A stretch of 64,000 nt of DNA. It comes from a bacterium. GTDB lineage: Bacteria > Patescibacteriota > Patescibacteriia > 2-12-FULL-60-25. The DNA lies in the NCBI GenBank assembly GCA_021796435.1, contig JAJYXM010000016.1:246625-310624 (forward strand), written 5' to 3'. How positions within the stretch are numbered: the first letter of the stretch is position 1; every line of letters begins with the position of its first letter. Positions 1-9,793 of this stretch are shown here, in pieces. The notes under the pieces were generated by a model, which saw only the letters and a program-made list of their open reading frames with translations, was not told the origin of the DNA and made no database searches. A program made the translations under genes and the position numbers.

Positions 1-13
1 TAAGGAGGACCCC

Positions 14-1000
14 GTGAAGAAAGTATCTGAAGCCACCAAGCTGCATCCGGTCATGATTCCGCTGTTCGTTTTGATGGGAATCGGATTGTTCGGATTCGCC
101 ATCTCAGTCGGAATGCAGGATAAGGGCGCGGAGACGGGGCAGCAGGTCACGTCCGCCGGAACTCCCGCAGCAATCAAACCTCATCCCGAGGCCGTTGCGG
201 CGTTCGGTGCCTATCTGGGTAGTATCACGCGTGATATGCCGCCGCCGTTTCCCCTCGAGCGATGTCCAGAGCCGGACCAGGAAACGCTGGAACGAATCCA
301 TGAAGCTCAGCGTCTCGTCGCAGCGCAGGCGAATCTTCCGGGCGCATGGCGCTGGCCGGAGGTCAAGAAGGTCGTAGCCGAGTTCGGGGTCTCGATCCCT
401 GTCCGTCTGCCGGCTGAAGTCGAGGCTGCAAGTCCTGTCGCGATGGGATTCGAGAGCAGAGTCGGTATGCTTTGGGTCTGGCCGAAGACTTTGAAGCATA
501 GTCCGATCCCCTGGGTGGCGGCACGCCTGGTCCATGAGGCGACCCACAAGGTCGTGCTGGACAAGACCTTGGAGCGATCCGGCTTCACCACCGAGGAGCT
601 CTCGGCTCTGGCGTGGAACTGCGGAGAGTTCAGCTACAACTGGAACTTCGCGACTGAGGCCTTGGCATTCATGAATCAGGCGCGAGCCACGGACGCGTCG
701 GCAGTATCGTGGACGCCGGCTACGCCAGCAGACTGGGTCGAAACCATGAAGATGGCGAACGGCACCGCATCAGGGGATCCTGCGTCCAGGGTTGCGTTCG
801 CTGCGTATATCAGGAATTACGCAGGGTCGCACTTGCTTTCCGAGTACGACACGCTGAGCGGAGCTGCCGGGCAAGCGAAGTGCATGCCTTTCCCGATCAT
901 CCGTGGTCCGCACCGAGGTGAGCCCTTCATACCCGCTTCTGTCGCGATCGAGGTGTTGACACCTATGGTCGCTTCCCTCAGTGATTCAGTCATCAACTGA
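14..1000 (+). CDS. Secreted or membrane-anchored hypothetical protein with an HExxH (HEATH) zinc-metallopeptidase-like motif
   Basis: RBS AAGGAGG upstream of GTG at 14; N-terminal hydrophobic segment; 328-aa ORF; HEATH motif in LVHEATHKVV. Confidence 0.5.
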   Translation: MKKVSEATKLHPVMIPLFVLMGIGLFGFAISVGMQDKGAETGQQVTSAGTPAAIKPHPEAVAAFGAYLGSITRDMPPPFPLERCPEPDQETLERIHEAQRLVAAQANLPGAWRWPEVKKVVAEFGVSIPVRLPAEVEAASPVAMGFESRVGMLWVWPKTLKHSPIPWVAARLVHEATHKVVLDKTLERSGFTTEELSALAWNCGEFSYNWNFATEALAFMNQARATDASAVSWTPATPADWVETMKMANGTASGDPASRVAFAAYIRNYAGSHLLSEYDTLSGAAGQAKCMPFPIIRGPHRGEPFIPASVAIEVLTPMVASLSDSVIN

Positions 1001-1137
1001 TCGAAAACATCAGGTCGGATCCGACCGATTCACACAAGACCGTCCGCATCTCCCGCGGGCGGTCTATCATTTTTTGAATTTATCAGTATAACGAAGCGCC
1101 GCCTGTAGGATAGGCGGCTTAGGTGGTGGGGTTGGCT

Positions 1138-1791
1138 TCACGAGTGAGGGATTTCCCAACCCTTTTCAAAAATGTCCTCGATATCCGAAGTGTCAAGTTC
1201 GGGGATAGGCTCTTGCCACGGCGTGCCCATGACCGTTTGGAGTGGTGGTGTAGGCTCTCTGACGAGTGTTATTGCTTCGTCTGAGAAGCTGTCGAATGGG
1301 CGGGGGTGGATACTTTCGAAATAAAGAGCGTCGGGATTCGTGCTTTCCGCATTAGCGTCCAGGAAGGCTGCGGGTGGTATCGTCGTAGCCCGTCTGATCT
1401 CATGCGCTTCGAGTGTGAGATGGTTAGGCGACATCTCCACTACCTCGAAAGGCAACAGTGCCATCGGATCTTCGGCGATCAGGCGCAGCTTGGAGAAGCT
1501 GGAGTGCATATCGCTTTCGAAGCTGGTCTCGGTGGCGCCATCGCATTCATGGCTCAAGGAGATGACGGTGCTGTCCTGTTCCAAGCAATGTATGTCGAGA
1601 TGCAGGCAGCCGGTGAGCCAAGTGCGCATTGCGATGCGCGATATCATGAGCAATACGGCTTCTTCGCCTTCATAGGGGACGCAGTCGGCGCAAAGCCGCT
1701 GCAGCAACTGGAAGGCGTCGTGGCTGTTCCGGGATGCACGAGCAAAAAGTTCTTCATTCAACACTTGATCGCCTCGCAAGTTGGAAGTCAT
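1138..1791 (-). CDS. Hypothetical acidic protein
   Basis: ORF with GGGAGGA RBS before internal ATG at 1791; no recognisable domain. Confidence 0.45.
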   Translation of the reverse strand: MTSNLRGDQVLNEELFARASRNSHDAFQLLQRLCADCVPYEGEEAVLLMISRIAMRTWLTGCLHLDIHCLEQDSTVISLSHECDGATETSFESDMHSSFSKLRLIAEDPMALLPFEVVEMSPNHLTLEAHEIRRATTIPPAAFLDANAESTNPDALYFESIHPRPFDSFSDEAITLVREPTPPLQTVMGTPWQEPIPELDTSDIEDIFEKGWEIPHS

Positions 1792-1884
1792 CGTTGTCCT
1801 CCCGAGGGCGCAGTATAACACGCAGTCGGGAGTGGTTATATCGGATTTTTTTGTTGGTTGTGGAAAAAATCAGTGAAGCGACAA

Positions 1885-2313
1885 TCAGAAATTTTTATTG
1901 ATATATTTTTCACGCGTGGAATCCAACCAGGCGGAGAGTTGTTCGGATGAGGTGGTCGCGAGCGCTTGGCTTTCTTCGACCGTAGTAGGTTCTTCGGTCT
2001 CGAAGAGCGTCTTGCCGTCAGTCAGATCGACGAGTCGATACTGCAGGCTATACCGTCCTCCATCGTCCTGCAGAGGCGACTCCTCCAGACTGGCGCAAGC
2101 CACATATCTATTGCTGTATCCGGAGTGGAGGATGGACGATGTCTGTACGATGCCGATTGACCGTTTGAGGCTAGTGAAGAGATCGCTTTTGGCCAAAATG
2201 ACGCCGCAGGTAGCTGAGGGTGCGATCTTGGACACGGCGATAAGCATCAGATACAGGGCGATGGGCAGCGCTACGATGAAACCGATGATTTCGAAGACGG
2301 TTTTTTTGGTCAT
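1885..2313 (-). CDS. Small membrane-anchored hypothetical protein
   Basis: 142-aa ORF with N-terminal TM helix (IIGFIVALPIALYLMLIAV). Confidence 0.4.
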   Translation of the reverse strand: MTKKTVFEIIGFIVALPIALYLMLIAVSKIAPSATCGVILAKSDLFTSLKRSIGIVQTSSILHSGYSNRYVACASLEESPLQDDGGRYSLQYRLVDLTDGKTLFETEEPTTVEESQALATTSSEQLSAWLDSTREKYINKNF

Positions 2314-2390
2314 AAGATGAAGTATAAAGGATAATTCAGTCCCAGCCCATTTATTGCCTTATTCCGCCTTTTTCGATAGTCTTACGCTGT

Positions 2391-3779
2391 ATGTCAAAAG
2401 AAATTTCGACCGATAGTGCGGCTATCGAGCATTTTTTGGGAAGAGCGCGCGAGAACGTCTATCCGACGCCGGAGGCTTTGGGTAAGGAAATGGCGTCCGG
2501 ACGTCGTCTGACGGTGTATCTGGGCGTGGATCCTTCGGGGCCTTCTTTGCATATCGGACATGCGATAGCCATGCGCAAACTGGCTGAACTGCAGAGGATG
2601 GGGCATCGCTGTATCCTGCTCATCGGAGATTTCACCGCCATGATCGGGGATCCGACGGATAAGAGCGCGACGCGGGTCAAGCTTTCGCGTGAGCAGGTCA
2701 TCGAAAACTGCAAAAGCTATAAAGAACAAGCCTCCAAGATCCTGGATTTCGGCGGGGAGAATCCGGTAGAACTGAAATTCAATAATGACTGGTTGGGCAA
2801 GATGTCATTCGCCGACGTGGTGGAATTGGCTTCACATTTCACCGTCCAACAGATGGCGGAGCGCGATATGTTCAGGCGTCGCATGAGTTGGCGTTCCGAT
2901 TGTCCGTTCTGCGGAAACGAGAACTACATGTCAGCCGAATCGCAGGAGTCGTCGGTCGATGAGAAAGGCAACCATATAATAGTCTCGACTTACGACGATA
3001 ACCGGAAGTGGAGATGCAAGAAGTGCCATAAGGAATACGCGCCTGAATCTGCCGGCGAGGTGCATTCGCCTCGTCCTGTCTATCTGCATGAATTCCTGTA
3101 TCCGTTGATGCAGGGCTACGATTCAGTGGCGATGGACGTTGACTTGGAGATCGGCGGGAATGACCAGACCTTCAACATGTTGGCCGGGCGGACGTTGCTG
3201 CGGGAGATGAAGGGCAAAGAGAAATATGTCTTTACCTGTAAGCTGCTGACCGATCCCACGGGCAAGAAGATGGGCAAGAGCGAAGGCAATATGATCACTC
3301 TCGACGATGCGCCGGAAGACATGTACGGCAAAGTCATGAGTTGGACCGATGGGATGATCGTCCCGGGATTCGAGCTCTGCACGGACTTGTCAGATGGCGA
3401 GATCGTGAAGATCCAGACAGCGATGGAAGAAGGGGAGAACCCGATGACCTACAAGCGCCGGCTGGCTAAAGATATCGTGCGGGCTTTCGTCTCTGACGAT
3501 GCGGCGGACAAAGCCGAGGAACATTTTACGACGGTGCATCAGAAACATGAGAAACCCGAGGAGATGCCGACGTTTCGCGTACCGCGTACCGCGCCCAAGG
3601 TCAAGATTGTTGATGTGTTGGTGGGATCCGGATTAGCAGCTTCGAAGAGCGAAGCGCGGAGGCAGATCAAACAAGGTGCGGTGAAGGTCGACGACAAAGT
3701 AGTCGATGATACGGAGCTTGAGGTCGGCGCCGGATCCGTCATCCAGAAAGGTAAGAGATTCTTCGTCAAACTCATATGA
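2391..3779 (+). CDS. tyrS: Tyrosyl-tRNA synthetase with inserted Cys4 zinc-ribbon
   Basis: Class I HIGH motif (LHIGHAIA), KMGKS motif (KKMGKSEGN), C-terminal S4 domain (RRQIKQGAVKVDDKVV); insertion CPFCGNEN...WRCKKCHKEY. Confidence 0.85.
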   Translation: MSKEISTDSAAIEHFLGRARENVYPTPEALGKEMASGRRLTVYLGVDPSGPSLHIGHAIAMRKLAELQRMGHRCILLIGDFTAMIGDPTDKSATRVKLSREQVIENCKSYKEQASKILDFGGENPVELKFNNDWLGKMSFADVVELASHFTVQQMAERDMFRRRMSWRSDCPFCGNENYMSAESQESSVDEKGNHIIVSTYDDNRKWRCKKCHKEYAPESAGEVHSPRPVYLHEFLYPLMQGYDSVAMDVDLEIGGNDQTFNMLAGRTLLREMKGKEKYVFTCKLLTDPTGKKMGKSEGNMITLDDAPEDMYGKVMSWTDGMIVPGFELCTDLSDGEIVKIQTAMEEGENPMTYKRRLAKDIVRAFVSDDAADKAEEHFTTVHQKHEKPEEMPTFRVPRTAPKVKIVDVLVGSGLAASKSEARRQIKQGAVKVDDKVVDDTELEVGAGSVIQKGKRFFVKLI

Positions 3780-5626
3780 ACTATTCTTGGGATGCGATAT
3801 TGAGTCATGTCGCGAGAAGGATCGGCGAGGCCGCGGAAATACCCGTGGAGAGCGATGAGCTGGTCCTGCCTCCTAAGCGCGAGATGGGCGATTTGGCGTA
3901 TGGTTGTTTCAAGATAGCCAAATCGAAATCAACCAGCCCGGCGGAGGTGGCGAAGGATTTGGCGGCCAAGATATCCAAAGTGAACGATCATTCGATCGAG
4001 AAGGCGGAAGCGGCTGGTCCGTATCTGAACATAGTATTGAAGACATCGGATTTGGCGTTGCGCGTCATCCAGGATGTGGAGCACATGGCCAAGAAATACG
4101 GTTTTACGGAAGAAGGCAGGGACCGGCAGCTGATGCTCGAGTATGCGCAGCCGAACACGCATAAGGAGATGCACGTTGGCCATCTGCGTAATCTGGTCCT
4201 CGGCTCAAGCCTCGGAAGGTTGTTGCAGTTGGACGGATGGAAAGTCATCTCGGCCAGCTATCACGGTGACGTTGGTGCGCATGTCTCGAAATGCCTGTGG
4301 CTGTTGGTGCGTCAGCATTCGGATAAGGTCGCCCAACCCAAGCCTAAACTCAAGAAAGGGCAGACACCACCGCCCGACATGCCGGACGACGCTTGGGCGG
4401 ACCACGTGCTGGAGAATTTTTCCATCGAAATGGCGGATCAGGTGCTGCACAGCATCTCCAAGGAAAACCGGACAGGAAATTATCTGGGTCACATCTATGC
4501 CGAATCGACGAAACTCTTGGATGAGAACGAGGAATGGAAGAAACAGGTCTCTTTGGTGCAGCAGAAATTGGAGGCCAGGGATCCGGCGTGGAACAAGCTG
4601 TGGCAGGAAACACGACGCTGGTCAGTGATCGAGATGCAAGAGATCTTCCAGGAGCTGGGGGTGCTGATCGACAGACAATATTTCGAGAGCGAAGTCGTCG
4701 ATCGAGGGCAGCAGCAAGTGGATACTTTGTTACGATCCGGCATAGCCAAAGAGAGCCAAGGCGCCGTCATCGTGGACCTGGAGGCCGAAAAGTTAGGCGT
4801 GTTCGTCATACGCCGGTCTGACGGGACAGCCTTGTATTCGACCAAGGATTTGGCCTTGGCGCAGTTGAAATTCGAGGAATATCCCAAGCTAGAGCGCAGC
4901 CTGCATCTGATCGATAATCGGCAAAGCCTCTATTTCAAACAACTTTCCCGGACATTGGAGCTGATGGGGTTGAAAAAGAAGCTGGAGTTTGTGGGGTATG
5001 AATTCTTGACCTTGAAGTCCGGTGCCATGTCGAGTCGCGAAGGCAATATCGTCACTTACCAGTCGTTCCGTGACGAGCTTTTGGCTTACGCACGCAAGGA
5101 GACCACGACGCGACATGAAGATTGGCCGGACGGGAAGATCGAGCACGTGGCTTGGTGCATCGCCATGGGAGGCCTGAAGTATGGGATGCTGAAACAGGAC
5201 AGCGACAAAGTCATCGTCTTCGATCTGGAGAAATCCTTGGCGTTCGATGGCGATACGGGACCGTACATCCAGTATGCAGTGACGCGTCTTAACTCGATCC
5301 TGAAGAAGGCAGGGTGGGAACCGGGAAAATTCGGACAAAGCGAAGATATGCGGCAACTGAAAGAACTGGGCGAGAAGAAGCTGGCGCTCAAGATGGCTGA
5401 GTTTCCGATCGTCTGCAAACGTGCCGCGGCCGAACTCAAGCCGACAGCCGTGGCGCATTGGTGTTTCGAGACCGCTCAAGCGGTGAATGATTTTTATCGC
5501 GACGTGCCGGTGCTGACGGCGGAAGAAGGCGTCAAGGAAGCGCGCTTGCGTCTGGCCGCATCCGTCGCGTCGGTGATGATACTGGGACTGGATCTGTTGG
5601 GCATTCCGGTGCCGGAGGAGATGTAG
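3776..5626 (+). CDS. argS: Arginyl-tRNA synthetase
   Basis: HVGH motif (EMHVGHLRNLVLG), class I architecture, DALR anticodon-binding C-terminus; 616 aa. Confidence 0.9.
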   Translation: MNYSWDAILSHVARRIGEAAEIPVESDELVLPPKREMGDLAYGCFKIAKSKSTSPAEVAKDLAAKISKVNDHSIEKAEAAGPYLNIVLKTSDLALRVIQDVEHMAKKYGFTEEGRDRQLMLEYAQPNTHKEMHVGHLRNLVLGSSLGRLLQLDGWKVISASYHGDVGAHVSKCLWLLVRQHSDKVAQPKPKLKKGQTPPPDMPDDAWADHVLENFSIEMADQVLHSISKENRTGNYLGHIYAESTKLLDENEEWKKQVSLVQQKLEARDPAWNKLWQETRRWSVIEMQEIFQELGVLIDRQYFESEVVDRGQQQVDTLLRSGIAKESQGAVIVDLEAEKLGVFVIRRSDGTALYSTKDLALAQLKFEEYPKLERSLHLIDNRQSLYFKQLSRTLELMGLKKKLEFVGYEFLTLKSGAMSSREGNIVTYQSFRDELLAYARKETTTRHEDWPDGKIEHVAWCIAMGGLKYGMLKQDSDKVIVFDLEKSLAFDGDTGPYIQYAVTRLNSILKKAGWEPGKFGQSEDMRQLKELGEKKLALKMAEFPIVCKRAAAELKPTAVAHWCFETAQAVNDFYRDVPVLTAEEGVKEARLRLAASVASVMILGLDLLGIPVPEEM

Positions 5627-5687
5627 ACGGTAAGCAAAAAATGGCTTTATGGATGAAAACAGGATAAAATAATCCTGTTTTTCAGAC

Positions 5688-7268
5688 ATGCAGCTAGTAC
5701 CACTAGAGCTTTCTTTGACGGTCGGCGCCGGTGTCGCGGCTTTGATTTTGGGATTCATCGCATGGTGGAGGAACAAGTGGGGCACAGGAAACGTACTTTA
5801 TGCGCTCATGACGTTCTCTTTGGCCATGTGGACTTTGGCTGATTGGTTCGTCAGCCTTAACGCTCCGCTTCCGCATTGGCAAATCCTAGGTTGGAAATTC
5901 TATTTCTATTTTTCCGTATGTTTCGGTCCGGCCATCGTGATGCATGCCTCGTCCTATCTTTCATCGCGCAGCGTCCGTCGTAACGTAGGTTTGTTCTATT
6001 TTTCATCGTTTCTGGCTACGATACTGCTTTTTTCCGCGATTTTGGCGCGGGAACTTAATTTCGTCTGGTTGCCGCAACAAGCTTGTCTGCAAGGAGCGGC
6101 GATCCTGGTCATTATTTTGTATGCCTTGGCGACGCTGCATGTAGCCTTCCAGCTATACCCGCAAGCCATATCCAAGACCGAGACGACTTTGGACAGGCGC
6201 CGTGCCGTCTACGGCATCGTCATCCTGACGATATTCATGATCGCCGGAGTCCTGCAGGTGATTATCGGTCCGATCCCGACGGGGCTATTGATGCCTTTCA
6301 TCGCCGCATCTTTTTTGGTGCTGTCGTTGATGGCTTTCGTGCGGACAGGATTCTTGGATGTGAAATTCGGCAGCCTGGAAGCTTTTTTCCTGCTGTTGGC
6401 GGCTTATGCCTTGGTCATCGTTTTGCGTTCTGACGAGCTTGAAGAGGTCGTAGTCGCAATCCTCGGTTCCTTGATCGTCGGAGTTTTCGGTTTGGTGGCG
6501 ATCAGGACCGTCAAAGGGGAGAGGACGAAGCGTCTTATCCTGGAAGACTCTAATCGGCAGCTCCGACTTCTCGAGGAAGCGAAATCGGATTTCATAGACA
6601 TGGTAGCGCATCAGCTCCGAGGACCGCTGGGCGGCGTCAGGGCAGCTTCATCCATGCTGGTGAATGGCGATTTAGGCGAATTGCCGGATAAAGCCAAGAC
6701 CATGGTCGGTCAGATGCAGGATACTGTGACGCGCCTGTTGTCGTTGTCGGAGACGTTCCTGAACGCTTCGCGCCTCGAGATGGGCAAATATCAGACATCG
6801 CAAGTCCCGACGGACGTCAGGCTCGAATTGGGGAAGATAGTTAAAGAGATGGAGACCGTGGCTGTCGCCAAGCATCTGAAGCTGGATCTTGAGATAAGCG
6901 ATCTGATCCCGCAACGGTTAGATATCGATAGGGAGGTCATGGAGAATGTGCTATTCAATCTGTTGGATAATGCGGTCAAATATACCGACAACGGCGGGAT
7001 CAAAGTGAGCGTGACATTGGCAGGCAGGAGTTTGGAGTTGAAAGTGGCGGACAGCGGACCAGGACTTACGGATGATGAGTGCCGGGACCTGTTCAAGAAA
7101 TTCCATCGCGGAAAGGTCGGGAGAAGACATCAGACCGATGGGACTGGTTTGGGTCTGTATATCGTAAAACAACTTATCGAGGCAGCCGGTGGATCGATCG
7201 GAGTCGTCTGCGACAAACAGCGTGGCGGGAGCGTATTTACGGTAAAATTGCCTTGTGGCTTGGTCTGA
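5688..7268 (+). CDS. Sensor histidine kinase with multi-TM N-terminal domain (orphan; no adjacent response regulator)
   Basis: About 6 predicted TM helices, HisKA H-box (MVAHQLRGPL), HATPase_c G-boxes (DSGPGL, GTGLGLYIVKQL). Confidence 0.8.
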   Translation: MQLVPLELSLTVGAGVAALILGFIAWWRNKWGTGNVLYALMTFSLAMWTLADWFVSLNAPLPHWQILGWKFYFYFSVCFGPAIVMHASSYLSSRSVRRNVGLFYFSSFLATILLFSAILARELNFVWLPQQACLQGAAILVIILYALATLHVAFQLYPQAISKTETTLDRRRAVYGIVILTIFMIAGVLQVIIGPIPTGLLMPFIAASFLVLSLMAFVRTGFLDVKFGSLEAFFLLLAAYALVIVLRSDELEEVVVAILGSLIVGVFGLVAIRTVKGERTKRLILEDSNRQLRLLEEAKSDFIDMVAHQLRGPLGGVRAASSMLVNGDLGELPDKAKTMVGQMQDTVTRLLSLSETFLNASRLEMGKYQTSQVPTDVRLELGKIVKEMETVAVAKHLKLDLEISDLIPQRLDIDREVMENVLFNLLDNAVKYTDNGGIKVSVTLAGRSLELKVADSGPGLTDDECRDLFKKFHRGKVGRRHQTDGTGLGLYIVKQLIEAAGGSIGVVCDKQRGGSVFTVKLPCGLV

Positions 7269-7308
7269 ACCGGACCTTTGACAATTTGGTTTTGTTCTTA
7301 AGCCTTTT

Positions 7309-7764
7309 TTGGTACTTTATGCACGTATGTTTTCATCATCAAAACGGCAGGAAATGCCGGAAACCAAAAATTTTATGCCAAACAGTGTATCAAACGGGAT
7401 GACCGTCATCGCCAAGGGGGTGAAGGTCGAAGGCGATTTCGATAGCCAGGGAGATGTCATGATCGAGGGACAAGTCAACGGTCATGTCAGCACTAACGGT
7501 CTGTTGACCGTCGGTAACGAAGCTCGCCTTAAGGCAGACGTCAGCGCAGCGAATGCGGTCGTAGCTGGCGATGTGGAAGGTACGATCAACGTCTCCGGAA
7601 GGCTGGAGCTCAAAGCGACCGCTAAGGTCCAGGGCGACGTGACCTGTGAGACGGCAATCGTCGAAGCCGGGGCCGCACTTAACGGTAAGTTCATGGTCGG
7701 GCAAGTCAAGTCCGCTCCTGCACCGCGGCAAAGCGAGGCGAAAAACGCCGCCAAGGAAAGTTAG
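7309..7764 (+). CDS. Bactofilin-family cytoskeletal protein
   Basis: Repetitive beta-helix pattern (GDVMIEGQVNGHVSTNGLLTVGNEARLKADVSAANAVVAGDVEGTINVSGRLELKA) typical of DUF583/bactofilin; true start may be the internal Met near 7354. Confidence 0.7.
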   Translation: MVLYARMFSSSKRQEMPETKNFMPNSVSNGMTVIAKGVKVEGDFDSQGDVMIEGQVNGHVSTNGLLTVGNEARLKADVSAANAVVAGDVEGTINVSGRLELKATAKVQGDVTCETAIVEAGAALNGKFMVGQVKSAPAPRQSEAKNAAKES

Positions 7765-7788
7765 CGCCCTGCGGCAGGGTGCAAAGAT

Positions 7789-8613
7789 ATGCGCCACGGC
7801 AACTACGCGTTCATCTATGACGATTTCTTAAGCGATCGTAAATTCGAGCACGTGCTGTCGGAGGTTGATGCAAGGTTGGCGTCATTGGATCTTACGGGAA
7901 GGGTCGGTCGTCTGACTTTGTTCCGTAATGCCAGAGACATCGTGCAGAGTTTGGTGCAGGATAGTGACACTACAGTCGTGGTAGTGGGCAACGATAGGAC
8001 ATTGGATAAAGTCCTGTGGTTTTTACCGGACATGCAGGTCACATTGGCATATATCCCGGTCGGACCGCCGACGAATGTGGCAAGTCTTTTGGGGATTCCC
8101 ATCGGGGCCGGGGCATGTGACGTCTTGAGCGCCAGGTTGATCGAGTGGTTGGATGTCGGTCGGTTGGATGACCGATATTTTTTATCCGAGATCTCGTTAT
8201 CCAATACTAATGCCGCGATAGAAGTCGAGGGAAAATATCGCATCTCGCCCTATAAAGGCGGTTCTATCTTCATCCGTAATTTGGGGAGTCTGACTGAAGC
8301 TAAACCCGAATGGGCGGACGCCAAGGATGGCCTATTGGAGGTGATAGTGAAACCGGTAGAAGAGAAAGCAGGCTCGGGATTTTTCCGCAAAGCTGAAGCT
8401 CCGGTCACACGATTATTCTTGAGCTCCGGCAACATAGTCAGCGACCAGCCGGTGGAGGTCAAGGCTGACTATTATGCAGCCAACGGAATGAGGTTCGAGA
8501 TAGGCGTAGAACCTAAAAAATTGCGCTTCGTGACAGGGAGGAACAGACGTATAAGCCCCGAAGGCGAGGGATTGCAAAAAGCCAGGCATAATGCTAATCT
8601 GACGGGCATCTAG
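7789..8613 (+). CDS. DAGK-catalytic/YegS-like lipid kinase domain protein (catalytic GGDGT motif degenerate: GNDRT)
   Basis: VVVVGNDRTLDKVL...AYIPVGPPTNVASLLGIP resembles the diacylglycerol/sphingosine kinase catalytic domain. Confidence 0.45.
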   Translation: MRHGNYAFIYDDFLSDRKFEHVLSEVDARLASLDLTGRVGRLTLFRNARDIVQSLVQDSDTTVVVVGNDRTLDKVLWFLPDMQVTLAYIPVGPPTNVASLLGIPIGAGACDVLSARLIEWLDVGRLDDRYFLSEISLSNTNAAIEVEGKYRISPYKGGSIFIRNLGSLTEAKPEWADAKDGLLEVIVKPVEEKAGSGFFRKAEAPVTRLFLSSGNIVSDQPVEVKADYYAANGMRFEIGVEPKKLRFVTGRNRRISPEGEGLQKARHNANLTGI

Positions 8614-8621
8614 AAAAGCAA

Positions 8622-8708
8622 GCGCAGGTGGCGGAATTGGTATACGCACTAGCTTGAGGGGCTAGCGGGGGCAACCCCATGGAGGTTCAAATCCTCTCCT
8701 GCGCACCA
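8622..8708 (+). tRNA. tRNA-Leu (anticodon GAG), class II with long variable arm, CCA encoded
   Basis: Acceptor GCGCAGG/CTGCGC, anticodon stem CTAGC/GCTAG with loop TTGAGGG, variable arm CGGGGGCAACCCC, T-arm GAGGTTCAAATCCTC, 3' ACCA. Confidence 0.85.
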
Positions 8709-8738
8709 TCGCGTTAGACGCGAAACCAGAAAACAGAA

Positions 8739-8762
8739 GGCGACGTTAAACGTCGTTTTTTG
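8739..8762 (+). terminator. Rho-independent terminator after tRNA-Leu
   Basis: Hairpin CGACGTTAAACGTCG followed by TTTTTTGTTTT. Confidence 0.55.
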
Positions 8763-8835
8763 TTTTGTGGGAAAGATGGATTGACGTCAGTATAGGCCTC
8801 TGCTACGTTGAAGCCAGTCTGTGAAGGAGGTCGTC

Positions 8836-9669
8836 ATGCAGAACAGAACGTTCCTTTGCCTTCTGGGTTCGATTGCAGTTTTGTCGCCGGTTTGGCAGGG
8901 GTGCTCTTCGGACGCGAAGACCGAAGTGTCCGTCAACGCATCTCCGGATGCGTCCGATGATGCGACTGAGGAAGCGACTGCCGATGCGGCCCAGGATGCG
9001 TCCGTTGAAGCTGATGGTATGTCGCCACCTGATGCAACTGATGATGGGTCAGCCGACGCATCGGATGCGGTCAGCGATGTTGCTCCGGATGTGGCAGCCG
9101 AAGTCGGCGAGGATGCCCTTCCTGATGTGGTCCAGGACACGTCTGTCGAAGCCGACGAAGACGCACCTGATGATGCAGCGGTCGACGCATCTGACGAAGT
9201 CGGTGAAGACGCAGCGCCTGATGCCGCCTTCTACTGCCCGAGCTGCGAGGAGTTGCTGACGTGGGATACGACGCAAAACAACAACTCCACCTACGGTGAG
9301 ATCAGCACGCTCAGCGTGTGGCCTGACGCGTATGCCTGGCAAATGATCGATGAGTGTCCGGGCTGGGGCATCTACCAAGGCCACCAGGGCGGAATCGGCG
9401 ACACGCTGGAGATCTCGTCGTGCAACGACGGCCTTGTGCTGGTGTGGGCTTACGGATACTTCTCCCACATCTCCGTTTCGGAGGGATGGACGGGGAAGAC
9501 CGACACTGACCTGGCTATCGGAACGAGCTACGATGTTTTCATCGCAACCTACCCTGGGTACGACAGCAATTCGACGCTGATCAACGCAGGCGGCTACGCC
9601 TCCTTGCACTACGCAGGCGGATTCGCGATTTTCCAAGATAGCTTGCTCAACAAGCTGCATGTGTACTGA
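8836..9669 (+). CDS. Lipoprotein with Asp/Ala-rich acidic low-complexity linker and Cys-containing C-terminal domain (paralog family A)
   Basis: RBS GAAGGAGG then ATG at 8836; signal peptide plus lipobox (WQGCSS); about 100 aa of DA/EA repeats; paralogous to ORFs at 24288 and 25023. Confidence 0.6.
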   Translation: MQNRTFLCLLGSIAVLSPVWQGCSSDAKTEVSVNASPDASDDATEEATADAAQDASVEADGMSPPDATDDGSADASDAVSDVAPDVAAEVGEDALPDVVQDTSVEADEDAPDDAAVDASDEVGEDAAPDAAFYCPSCEELLTWDTTQNNNSTYGEISTLSVWPDAYAWQMIDECPGWGIYQGHQGGIGDTLEISSCNDGLVLVWAYGYFSHISVSEGWTGKTDTDLAIGTSYDVFIATYPGYDSNSTLINAGGYASLHYAGGFAIFQDSLLNKLHVY

Positions 9670-9793
9670 CCTTGTTCTGCCTCCACTGGGCGCCGTGAGA
9701 ACCACGGCGCTTCTCCTTTTGCCGCGAAAAAAATTTTGAATATAGTTTCACTAAAGAATTCAAAAAACACTGCGTTTACTGTATCATCCACGC

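Noticed and set aside
1306-1818. Plus-strand ORFs (170 and 111 aa) overlapping the minus-strand gene 1138-1791
   Set aside because: No RBS, embedded antisense to a better-supported ORF
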